From the NCBI GenBank assembly GCA_032250935.1, contig JAVVFD010000002.1, positions 1 through 58,505 of the forward strand: DNA of 58,505 nucleotides, given 5' to 3'. The DNA is from a bacterium. Lineage in GTDB: Bacteria; Desulfobacterota; JADFVX01. A program made the position numbers and the translations under genes. Below, one piece after another: positions 38,586 to 48,700 of the stretch (its first letter is position 1; every line of letters begins with the position of its first letter). The notes beneath the pieces were generated by a model. That model worked only from the letters and a program-made list of their open reading frames with translations. It ran no database searches and was not told where the DNA came from.

Positions 38586-41500
38586 TTGAAGATGTTGAAA
38601 AATATGAGAGGGATTGTCTGGGTCGCTTTGATTATCTTCGGAGCAGTCCTTCAGCCTCAAAATTCTGATGCCAGGCTGGTCGGGCCCCATGCTACCAAGG
38701 TATGCGGAGACTGCCATTCAGCTGGCTTTGCCAGCATGTTCAATCAGGCTCCTACCTGTATTACAGCCGCCTGTCATATTAATCAGCTTGTAGAGGCAGA
38801 TGCATCTCAACTCTTCAATTATTCAAGCGCGGGCGGTCCCGTTGGGACATCTCACGCCTGGGGGGTTTCCTACACTGAATCCGGCGCCGCAGCAAAAGGA
38901 CCCTCGACTACGCGCCAGACAAGGTATGGTCCGGGCAATCTCGGCTGTTCCTCTTGCCATTATCCACACTATGCGCTTAACAACATTACAAGCCAGCCAC
39001 TTCTCAAGGTGGATAACAGCTCCGATCAACTATGTCTTGATTGCCACAGGGACAGAAATGTAACGAGCGCATCTCCACCTCCGGCCGGCAAACAGGGAAG
39101 TCATCCAGTAGGTCTTACTATCCCCGGGACTACGGCTTATAACAGTCCTCCTCTGAATCCATATTCCAGTATTTCTGGGTCTGAATTGAAATTAGTCGGC
39201 CCTGGTAGCGATACCGTATCATGCTCTACGTGCCACGGTGTGCATTTTGCCGATTCAAATCCCTATACCGCAGCTACGATGGTTGGACTGAGTACTGTTC
39301 CAGGTGGTCAAGGTGTGCTCCTAAGGAGATACAACGATTCACAGCTCTGTAAAGACTGTCACAGGTATCAGCAGCACGGACCTCTTGCCACACCTGCCAA
39401 ATGGCAGGACTGCAGGAACTGTCACGACCCGCACGATCCGGGCGCCAACTTCAAACTGGTAAGGTTTGACAGCTTCAGCGGTCCCGAAGGGTGGGTACAG
39501 GTCACATTCGACAGCCTTACCTCGAATTTTGCCGAGCGTATTGACGGAAAGCAGGGTATATGCGATGCCTGCCATAGTCTTGAGACGACCGGAGTGTTCC
39601 CAGGGTGGAGTTCGGGTCATTTATCAAAAGGGATTAGCAGGTCTTTGGCCTATCAGGCAGATTGTTTGAACTGTCACTCCCATGCGGAAGGTGACGGAAC
39701 AAGTGTCGGCAGTTTTGCTGCCGGCGGCGCGGCTGCCTGCGGTACATGCCACGGATATCCGCCTATGGCGAACTATTCCGGTCCTCCAAGCGGATATGCT
39801 GGCGGGTATAACGGCGCCGGGTCCTTCGTCAACGAGACCACCTCTCCCCACAGGAAACACGCATCCAGCGAGGGGTATGGCTCAAGGTTTGCGGGAAGCG
39901 GTTCCTACGGCACCGCCTGCAAGGCGTGCCACGGCATGCCGGATGAGTCTACTCACCAAACCAAAGTAGTTTATGGTGACTGGGCCTTCAAGCTATACAC
40001 ATGGCCCGGCGGCTCTCCGACATACGCCCAGTCAGGTGGCAACAAGTGGAAGTGTATAAACAACTACTGCCATAGTGACGGCGCGCCCAATGACGTAATC
40101 AGCTACACTACCCCTACGTGGAGTTCATTGCCAGGCACATTAGATTGTAGCGGATGTCATGCAGCAGCTCCTGTGTCCAACAAGCATACAAAGCATATAG
40201 GCGGCGGCGCAGACTACAGTTTCGGGTGCAGGAACTGCCATGTAAATACGGTTGATGACAACTCGACAATCTCTGCTGCTGGTGTGGCAACTTACCACGT
40301 GGACAGAACAAAGAGCGTCTTTTTCGGCGCCACAGCCGTATCCGGTACATACACGGCGGCAACCAAGGATTGCTCAAATACATATTGTCACGGTAACCTT
40401 GCCGACAACCAGGGTAACAACGCAACGCCTACATTCGGCGCTGCCGGAACGGCAACATGCGGCAGTTGTCACGACCTGGCACCGGCAGGCGATATAGCCA
40501 CTCATACGAAGCACGTCCAAACCTATGATTTCGGTTGTGCTTATTGTCACAACGACCTGGTGACGGCGGCCTTTGATACAAAGAGCACTATTGACAACCA
40601 GGCCATGCATGTAAACAACAGTGAAGACGTCAAGTTCGGTAATGACCTGAAGGGCAGGACCAATGCTGCCGGTACATACACAAAGGCGACGGGCAAGTGT
40701 GACACTATTTACTGCCATAGCGCCGGCACATCGACGCTGGCGGCAAATTTCTTCGTCAACGAGTCGACTATATGGAACAGCGCCACCGTAACTTGTGCCA
40801 GCTGTCACGGTAACTCTGTATACAGCGGCATGACTTCCGCCATGCCGAACTATCCGAATGGTCAGGACGGCAAGGAAAACAGCCATGTGAAGCACGTGGT
40901 TAATAACGGTATAGACTGTATCAGTTGTCATGAAGTGACTCTTGCCACCAATGTGACGATAGGTAATTATACTTCACATGTTAATGCCAAATATAATGTG
41001 GATATCAGTGCTACTTACGGCGGTTCCTACGATACCGGTACTCAGACCTGTACAGGCGTTAGTTGCCATGGTGCCGGTGCGCCTGTATGGGGCGCTACGC
41101 TATCATGCGCAGACTGCCATAACGGAGCAGGCGACGTAGATGACTTTGTTTTCGACAATAAGACTACGGCCACCATTAATCAAACACAGTGGGATAACGT
41201 AGGTCATGGACGTACGTCGGCCTTCCCGTCTGGCAACCCGGCCGCAAACCTGGGATGTGCGAACTGTCATGACAGCGGAGTTTCCCACGGAGTTGCAGGC
41301 AACCCCTTCAGGCTCTTCAGTTCCAACCCCGACCAGCTTTGTAATACTTGTCATGGCGTGGGCGGCGCTGCCACCAAGACCGGTGTCTTTACACACAGTT
41401 CCACTACGACTGACGGCAGACATGATTTCAAGATGAAGTGCGTTGACTGTCATGATCCGCACGGTGACGATAACGCGTTCATGATGCACAGCACCCTGCC

Positions 41501-44500
41501 TCAGCCTAACGGCCAGCCGAACTGGGAGCCATCAAACCAGTACGGTATACCGAACGGCGGAGTTACGTGGGAGAATATCGACTTCCCGAATAATGGCGCT
41601 GCCTTCCTTGCGAGTACATCCGTATCAGCGGCAACTGTCAAGGTATGTAACGTTTGTCACAGCAGGACGACAGATGTAGGGATTACGGATTCAAAGAAGA
41701 GATACAGAAAGGATATGAGCGGCGGTATCACAGAAGCGCACTATGTCGGCAACCAGTGTACAACCTCCTGTCATAAGCATACCGCAGGATTCGAGGGTGT
41801 GAGCTGCGAGGGATGCCACGGCATGCCGCCGGAAACGGGCCTCATGCTTCAGGATCTTGGCGCATACGACGCCAGTCCGACCGGCGAGGGGGCGCACGTC
41901 AAGCACGGTTCGATCTTCATCAGCGGGCCCAGGTGTAACGTATGTCACGATAAATCCATCGGCGGTATGGATCCATCGGGAGCGACTAACACCACGATCG
42001 ATATCAACTTCAAGGCCGACAATCAGTTGGGATCCTATACGACGGGTACTTATGACGCGACAGGCGCGGCGCACAATCCTGCGTATAACGGCAGCGTCAC
42101 CACCGGCGGAACATTTGTATGCTCTAACGTCAAGTGTCACGGTTCGGCCCTGACAAGCGGCAACGGCACCGATACCACTCCGGTTTGGAACAACCTTGCC
42201 ACTGGGGCCTGCGGTAAGTGCCACGGCGCCAAGACCGCGCCATCAACGGCTGCGGACGGCGGAACGGGATATCCCGGCTCGGGCGCCCACCAGAAGCATG
42301 CCGGATGGGGAGCAGGCGAGTACGATATCATGTGCCAGACATGTCATGATACGACGCTTACTACGGCCACCACCTTTGTAGAGAGTCTGCATGTTAACGC
42401 CGATACAGGCAGTACGGGTATAGGCATTGAGCCTGCCTACAATGATACGGCAACTGCGTTCAACTATGTAGACGGAACAAATACATGTGAAAACGCAGAC
42501 TGTCACGGCGAGAACAGCGTAGTCTGGACAGCCGGTGCTCAGACCTGTGATAGCTGCCATAACGGCGCCTCTGATGCGGATAACTTCACATACTCCAACC
42601 TGAGCGGCGTTGTTGCGAAAATAAATAACACCGAGTATACGAACAGCGGCCACGGCAGAACTACTGCTTATCCGGTGTCCGGCAACCCGGGCGCAAATAA
42701 GGGATGTACTGATTGCCATACAGCGACCAAGGACCACAGTACCGGGGCCACATATTTCAGGCTTCTTAATACGGATGATCCGAATACGCTATGCCTCAGC
42801 TGTCATGGTTCGGGCGCCGAACTTACCGGTGCATTCGGCACCATAACCGGTTACCAGGGTCATACATATGACAACCTGAGTACGGCAGGTTACACCAACC
42901 TGACTACATGGCACTTTACACCCAAGTGTATCGACTGCCACGACCCGCATGGTGACGGCAACATATTCATGATGCACAGCAAGGTCTCAGACGAGGGCAG
43001 TTCGACTGTTGCGCCTCTCGGTGTGCCGACCAACTTCCCGAATAACTCGACGGTAATCTTCTTGTCAGTTACAGGCGTTAACTCTTATGATGACGGCGAC
43101 GGCACGGCCAACCTCTGTGTTGTATGCCACGACAGGACGAGCCATAACGGAAACAGCGGATCCCATGCTGGTTATGCTGGGCTGGATTGTCGTGGCTGCC
43201 ATGACCATAAGCTCGGATTTACGCCTTCCGGGTGCGACGGTTGCCACGGTCAGGCCGGTGTGCAGATCTATCCGCCCGACGGACCTAATCTCCCGCTTGA
43301 CTGGGCTGAAGAGGCGGCAACGCCTGCATCGGTCGGCTCTCATGAGGCGCATGTCACCAAGCTGAGTTATGCATGCGCAGAGTGTCACGGCGACGGCAAC
43401 GGACAGGACCAGCCTCATGGTACAGGTAAGACCAATGCATACATGAAGAATCTTACATCATTGCATGGCGCGAACTTCACTCCTAACCTTGCGGGTACCA
43501 GCTCAGTTGTCGATGACACCTGTGCAAATGTTGACTGCCACAGTGGTCGCGCCTACCAGAGGTCATGGATTAACAATCCGACCACCTGCGATGCTTGCCA
43601 CGGTGGAAGGACCTCTGACGGGCTCAACCAGATCAGTACTGGCAGCCACGTGAAGCACACAGGCAACGGTGCAACGGAGTACGACTTCCAGTGTACGCTC
43701 TGTCACGTAGACAACACGGGGAACTTTGATCATTATAGTGTTGCCGACGTGGATCTGAACTTCACAGGACAGGGCACCGGCAGCTCTTATACGAGAGGAA
43801 CAGGATTTGCAACATTCACTACCGGAGCCGAGTGGGGTACATGTACGAGTGCATGCCACGGTGACGGGTTGCCCAGCTCAAGCAGCGGCACTCCGACATG
43901 GGGCGGGTCTTCGCTAACCTGCGAGAACTGCCACTATGCGACGGGGAACAAGGCCTTAATGAGCGCGCCGCATCCGACCCATCTGAATGCCGGAACCTAT
44001 AACTTCGACTGTTTCAATTGCCACGTACAGACTACTACGGACAATACGACGATCAACAACTACACGGCGCATGTTAACGGGAACCGTAACGTCGATTTCG
44101 ACACATACCTGGACAACGATTCGGGGAGCTTTAACGGAACCGCGACCAAGCAATGTCTCAACATCTACTGTCACAGCAACGGTACGGATACCGACGGCGT
44201 GGGACCATTCCCGATGGGGAACTTCACGGCGGACTGGGACGGAGCGACGCAGGGGTGCAAGTACTGCCACGGCGACGAGACCCTGGGCGGCTGGACTTCT
44301 GCAATGCCGAACTACGCCAACGGCGCGCCGAAGGCGAACAGTCACGCCAAGCATGTCAACGGCGGATACCAGTGCATCGACTGCCACGAGGTGACTCTGG
44401 CGACGAACGCCGCGATAGGGAACTATACCGCGCACATCAACGGCAACTACAATATTGACATAAACGCCTCTTATGGTGCGTCCGCAGCCTATACTCCCGG

Positions 44501-45767
44501 AACGAAGGTCTGCTCCAATGTGGACTGTCACGGCGGAAATCCCGTGACATGGGGTGATCCGAATGTAAATTGCTTTACCTGCCACAACGGAACCGATGAC
44601 GGAGCTGGAACTATGAAGCCATATTCCACCACCGGCAACGGGCCTAATGTTGTCAACTTTGTACAGTATACTACCGTAGGGCACGGCCTGAATACGGGCT
44701 CAACCTATAAGTATAGCGCTCTAAATGGCGCCGGTAAGTGGAATTCTTCCGGTCAGGGTTGCTACTCAGGTGATCCGCAGACGGGCTGTCATTCAGCTGC
44801 AGCGGGCCATATCACCAAAAATCCTGCCGATCCGTTCAGGCTCGGTGCATGGGCAGATGATATTGACGGACTATGCGCGACCTGCCACAACTCTGCGCAG
44901 GCTTCGAGCCATTCAGCGGCTGTAACCGGTAACCCGAAAGGCAGGACGTGGCCCTACGTGCCGAAATGTGTAGACTGTCATGACCCGCACGGGGACGCCA
45001 ATATACGCATGATCAGGAGTTCCATCAATACGCCATCCTCCGGTTCCGACTGGACCACCGGAGGCGGAAGCAACTCCAAGGGTGTGCCAACGACTAACGG
45101 CACTATTAAGGATGTTACCTTTACAAACAACAGCGGCTTCTCAAAGGCGGGTGGTTTTGCCGGTGTGGATGCGGCTGCCGCCGACGGTATCTGTGAGGTC
45201 TGTCATACCAACAATGCCGCTATAGGCACTATTATCAACTGGTACAACGCGCAGGGGGACGACAACAATACAAACCACGTCTCCAATGCGGGAAAGGCGT
45301 GCTCCAACTGTCACCAGCATGACGGAGGGTTCGCCGCATCGGGCGGGTCGTGCGACAGCTGTCACAGCTGGCCGCCCAAGATTGGTGACGGGAGCGATTA
45401 TATGTCTGCTGAACAGGAAGGGAAGGGGCGTCATAGTTCTCACTTTGTCCATCTCTCCAGTCTCTCTGCCGCGCCTTTTGTTAACGTATCCGCTGCTACA
45501 GCTGCAGGCTATGGTCAGGGAATTAATGCTGAAATTTGCGGGACCTGCCATAGTAATGATGAATCAGCTGACCACCAAAAGGGAGGTCGAAACATCAACT
45601 TCGGCGCACCTTCAAACACGCTTGAATATTCCTTCGACGGAACGGCGCCGTTCTATAACGGATCGACCTCCGTATCTTCGGCAACGAGGATGAAGAACTG
45701 TTCCAATGTGAGATGTCACTTCCAGAATAGCCCCGGATGGCAAGACCCATCCGAGCCGAAGATTTAG
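38586..45767 (+). CDS. giant modular secreted multihaem cytochrome c (2393 aa)
   Basis: Hand count on the translation gives 46 CxxCH, 11 CxxxxCH, 2 CxxxCH and 1 Cx8CH. It has a signal-peptide-like N-terminus (IVWVALIIFGAVL). ATG 38592, with a GGAGGA RBS 8 nt upstream, is probably the real start rather than TTG 38586. I see no TM anchor or lipobox. Confidence 0.9.
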   Translation: MKMLKNMRGIVWVALIIFGAVLQPQNSDARLVGPHATKVCGDCHSAGFASMFNQAPTCITAACHINQLVEADASQLFNYSSAGGPVGTSHAWGVSYTESGAAAKGPSTTRQTRYGPGNLGCSSCHYPHYALNNITSQPLLKVDNSSDQLCLDCHRDRNVTSASPPPAGKQGSHPVGLTIPGTTAYNSPPLNPYSSISGSELKLVGPGSDTVSCSTCHGVHFADSNPYTAATMVGLSTVPGGQGVLLRRYNDSQLCKDCHRYQQHGPLATPAKWQDCRNCHDPHDPGANFKLVRFDSFSGPEGWVQVTFDSLTSNFAERIDGKQGICDACHSLETTGVFPGWSSGHLSKGISRSLAYQADCLNCHSHAEGDGTSVGSFAAGGAAACGTCHGYPPMANYSGPPSGYAGGYNGAGSFVNETTSPHRKHASSEGYGSRFAGSGSYGTACKACHGMPDESTHQTKVVYGDWAFKLYTWPGGSPTYAQSGGNKWKCINNYCHSDGAPNDVISYTTPTWSSLPGTLDCSGCHAAAPVSNKHTKHIGGGADYSFGCRNCHVNTVDDNSTISAAGVATYHVDRTKSVFFGATAVSGTYTAATKDCSNTYCHGNLADNQGNNATPTFGAAGTATCGSCHDLAPAGDIATHTKHVQTYDFGCAYCHNDLVTAAFDTKSTIDNQAMHVNNSEDVKFGNDLKGRTNAAGTYTKATGKCDTIYCHSAGTSTLAANFFVNESTIWNSATVTCASCHGNSVYSGMTSAMPNYPNGQDGKENSHVKHVVNNGIDCISCHEVTLATNVTIGNYTSHVNAKYNVDISATYGGSYDTGTQTCTGVSCHGAGAPVWGATLSCADCHNGAGDVDDFVFDNKTTATINQTQWDNVGHGRTSAFPSGNPAANLGCANCHDSGVSHGVAGNPFRLFSSNPDQLCNTCHGVGGAATKTGVFTHSSTTTDGRHDFKMKCVDCHDPHGDDNAFMMHSTLPQPNGQPNWEPSNQYGIPNGGVTWENIDFPNNGAAFLASTSVSAATVKVCNVCHSRTTDVGITDSKKRYRKDMSGGITEAHYVGNQCTTSCHKHTAGFEGVSCEGCHGMPPETGLMLQDLGAYDASPTGEGAHVKHGSIFISGPRCNVCHDKSIGGMDPSGATNTTIDINFKADNQLGSYTTGTYDATGAAHNPAYNGSVTTGGTFVCSNVKCHGSALTSGNGTDTTPVWNNLATGACGKCHGAKTAPSTAADGGTGYPGSGAHQKHAGWGAGEYDIMCQTCHDTTLTTATTFVESLHVNADTGSTGIGIEPAYNDTATAFNYVDGTNTCENADCHGENSVVWTAGAQTCDSCHNGASDADNFTYSNLSGVVAKINNTEYTNSGHGRTTAYPVSGNPGANKGCTDCHTATKDHSTGATYFRLLNTDDPNTLCLSCHGSGAELTGAFGTITGYQGHTYDNLSTAGYTNLTTWHFTPKCIDCHDPHGDGNIFMMHSKVSDEGSSTVAPLGVPTNFPNNSTVIFLSVTGVNSYDDGDGTANLCVVCHDRTSHNGNSGSHAGYAGLDCRGCHDHKLGFTPSGCDGCHGQAGVQIYPPDGPNLPLDWAEEAATPASVGSHEAHVTKLSYACAECHGDGNGQDQPHGTGKTNAYMKNLTSLHGANFTPNLAGTSSVVDDTCANVDCHSGRAYQRSWINNPTTCDACHGGRTSDGLNQISTGSHVKHTGNGATEYDFQCTLCHVDNTGNFDHYSVADVDLNFTGQGTGSSYTRGTGFATFTTGAEWGTCTSACHGDGLPSSSSGTPTWGGSSLTCENCHYATGNKALMSAPHPTHLNAGTYNFDCFNCHVQTTTDNTTINNYTAHVNGNRNVDFDTYLDNDSGSFNGTATKQCLNIYCHSNGTDTDGVGPFPMGNFTADWDGATQGCKYCHGDETLGGWTSAMPNYANGAPKANSHAKHVNGGYQCIDCHEVTLATNAAIGNYTAHINGNYNIDINASYGASAAYTPGTKVCSNVDCHGGNPVTWGDPNVNCFTCHNGTDDGAGTMKPYSTTGNGPNVVNFVQYTTVGHGLNTGSTYKYSALNGAGKWNSSGQGCYSGDPQTGCHSAAAGHITKNPADPFRLGAWADDIDGLCATCHNSAQASSHSAAVTGNPKGRTWPYVPKCVDCHDPHGDANIRMIRSSINTPSSGSDWTTGGGSNSKGVPTTNGTIKDVTFTNNSGFSKAGGFAGVDAAAADGICEVCHTNNAAIGTIINWYNAQGDDNNTNHVSNAGKACSNCHQHDGGFAASGGSCDSCHSWPPKIGDGSDYMSAEQEGKGRHSSHFVHLSSLSAAPFVNVSAATAAGYGQGINAEICGTCHSNDESADHQKGGRNINFGAPSNTLEYSFDGTAPFYNGSTSVSSATRMKNCSNVRCHFQNSPGWQDPSEPKI

Positions 45768-45770
45768 GGG

Positions 45771-48700
45771 GTGTCGGAGATGATTATTAAAAATAGCATT
45801 CAAAAGCTCTCAAGGAACAATCAAAGGCGACTAAAAGATGGAGAAGTTAGAGAGATGACCGGTGTAACTGAAAACAACCTAAACTCCAAAGGGAGAAGTG
45901 CTATGCGGAACTTTTTGAAATCTCTTGCTTTGCTGAAGGGATCAATAGGAAAGATTGAAGGGGTACGGGAAAGATCTGTACCGAGTCGGTCCAAGATCGC
46001 TCCACTGGTCTTGAGCCTCTCTCTTTGTATCGCTTTTTTTTCTGTGACAAGCAGCGCGAATGCTGCGGAAGAGTTTCTCAGTGTTGACAGTAATGGGGCC
46101 AGCTCCGGTTGGGGGGGGGCATGGACCGATGTACAATTCTCTGATGGAACCGCTATAGGACCAGCCGCAAAAAATGCCAGGTCCACCTTCGGATTAACTG
46201 CACCGACAGGAACCGGTGTCATCACAAATGTGGCCGTCATAGCAGAATGTATGGACGCCGGAGGCCCGGAGATGATAAACGGTGTTGTCAGAACCGGCGG
46301 TACCGATTATCTTGGAACTTCTGTGTCAATGACTGGCGCTTATTCTGAATATCAGTTTGACTGGGCAACAAATCCTGGTGGTGGTAACTGGACATGGGCT
46401 CAGCTTGCTGCTCTTGAGGCCGGCGTTGAAGCGACAGCCAGTGGAGGTTGGGGGGGGACTCCGCTATGTAACTTTATTACTGTTATGGTTACATATGTTC
46501 CGCAGACTCAGGATCTGACGCTCTTTGAGGATATTTCATATGATGAATATACCCCTGTCTCAGATGTTCCTTTGGCAAAGGTGAGGACCAGTTCAGGCGG
46601 GGACATTGTCGGGAACGGATATAGCGTTACAGCTGTTACAGTAACACTGGGTGATGGTGGAGGTACACCACTTAGCCCCACCGGCCCTATTAACGTCTAT
46701 TATTCCACTATTGATGATTTAGTCACAGCGAAGAGCGGCGGTTCTAAAGGGATATGTGCCTCCCCTGTTGTGGGCACTCCATGTAATTTCGCTCTTTCCG
46801 GTATCGGTAATGAGACAGGTTATATGTTTTTCACCATTGATCTCGTATCAGGCGCCCTTGGAGATTATGATTTAACAGTATCAAGTTTCACCATTGGCGG
46901 CGCTTCCACGGACCTGATACCTCTGCCCAAGACGACGGCAGCGAAAAGCGTAAAACCGCCTACTCAGACACTTGACTACTTTTTCGACTACGCCCAGAGG
47001 TACAGGGCTAATGTGACTGCGCCAGTTACGGATCTCCTTCTTGCGAGAATAAATACGAACGCGACAAGTGAAGGGAAGCCGTTTGCCAACGTGAGTGCAG
47101 GTGTTTTCGGAACTATTTCATCAATTGATAATCTAAGGGTCTGGTGGAATACGACAGAAGATTTTGGAAGTGCAACGAAAATAGGTGAAGTTCTTGCTCC
47201 TACGCGAGATACGCTTTATAATATCGACATGACACTAAATGGTGGAGGGGGGTATGTGCGGGGATATATTTATTTCTCTATTAGCATGCCTGATGCCGGT
47301 AACAACGGCGGGTATTCCCTCCATATTAATAGCATGAGGGACAATAAGGGACCTGCCGATGACAACCTCCCTCTTCCGCGGAATACTACGACGAACTATC
47401 TGATTGATCCCTATAAGATCCAGGTCTGTGCTGAATGTCATGCCTATCCTCCCTATGACGCGCCTGCAACGAGGGGTACGCCGACAGGCGCGGTGCTTGG
47501 AAACCATTCTGCGCATGCAAGGTTCAACATGATGAAGTGTTCCAGCTGCCATGGAGATACGACGTCGGGTGAGTCGGACCCTGCTCATAGAAATAACTAT
47601 GTTGAACTCAGGAACCCTCTGGGTCCGCCTTCAGGCGCAGGCGTCTATTCCAGGGGCTACACATTCGCGCAGTCTACAACGACCACTCTGGGTACATGCT
47701 CTGCTATCGAATGCCATAACGGCATCGCCCAGACATGGGGGACGTCGAATACCATGGTCTGTAACGATTGTCACCTTTCTGGATCGGCTGATACTGACGA
47801 CTTTACATACGATGAATTCACCTCCACTGCAGTACCGAGGTTGTATTCATCCGAATGGGCATATTCAGGGCATGGAAAGTCTTCGGGTAACTACGACCTG
47901 ACGGGTAATCCGGCTGCTGGATTGGACTGCACTAATTGTCATGACTCTACACTTCCTCACGGTGATTCGATCATTCCTTACAGGACGAAGGCAACTGGAA
48001 ACATGGACATTTTCTGTCAAAATTGTCACGGTACGTCAGCAGAGATAGGCTCTCTCTTTACAACGGTTTCAACTGTTGCCAGGGGTATCAAGACCCACTC
48101 CAGGGGCGTGTTTATAGAAGAAAACTATAAGAGCCTTGGAACGTGGAGGGTTGAGACCCTTAAATGTATTGATTGTCACGATCCGCATGGGGACGGCACA
48201 AGTGGCAGCGGCAACAAGGGGATGCTTCACAAGCAGGTATGGACCGGTGGCAGCGACACTAAGGGACGCCCACTGCCTTTCGATGCCGGTTATTCAACCG
48301 TCGTCTTCAACAGCCCCACCGGTGTTGGGGGATACGGTAATAATGACGCCGCAACGACTTACATCTGCGAGGTCTGTCACTCAACTACCTCTTTCCATCA
48401 GCGTAACGGAGGAGGTACGGCCCATTTCGAAGGGATTAGATGCCCCGACTGTCACCAGCATGACAAAGGCTGGGCGCCTTACGAGGAGTGTACCGAATGT
48501 CACGCTGTTCCGAGGAACTATCTCTATAACGTAAGACAGATCGTAGAGAAGGATGGCGATGGCGCTGGTGACTTTGTAAAATTAAGCCGTCACGTGAGCA
48601 ACGGTACGGCCACCGAGATAGTTACCTCTTTTGACTGTGTCGTCTGCCACGCCGAGGGTGATTACGCTAAAGTCAATCTTAACGCCGGCTTCACTAGCGC

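Noticed and set aside
39339-45551. Many long antisense or off-frame ORFs inside the giant cytochrome gene, for example 43956-44684 (-), 40374-40931 (-), 42243-42737 (-), 41691-42224 (-) and 45141-45551 (-).
   Set aside because: They lie entirely within a strongly supported 7.2-kb coding frame. Their translations are Arg/Val/Thr-rich low-complexity strings with no motifs. They are typical shadow ORFs of GC-rich coding DNA.
46020-46040. LSLSLC in the 1351-aa protein as a lipoprotein lipobox.
   Set aside because: The -1 position is Leu, not Gly, Ala or Ser. An AxA-type signal-peptidase I site (ANA-AEE) follows the hydrophobic region instead.
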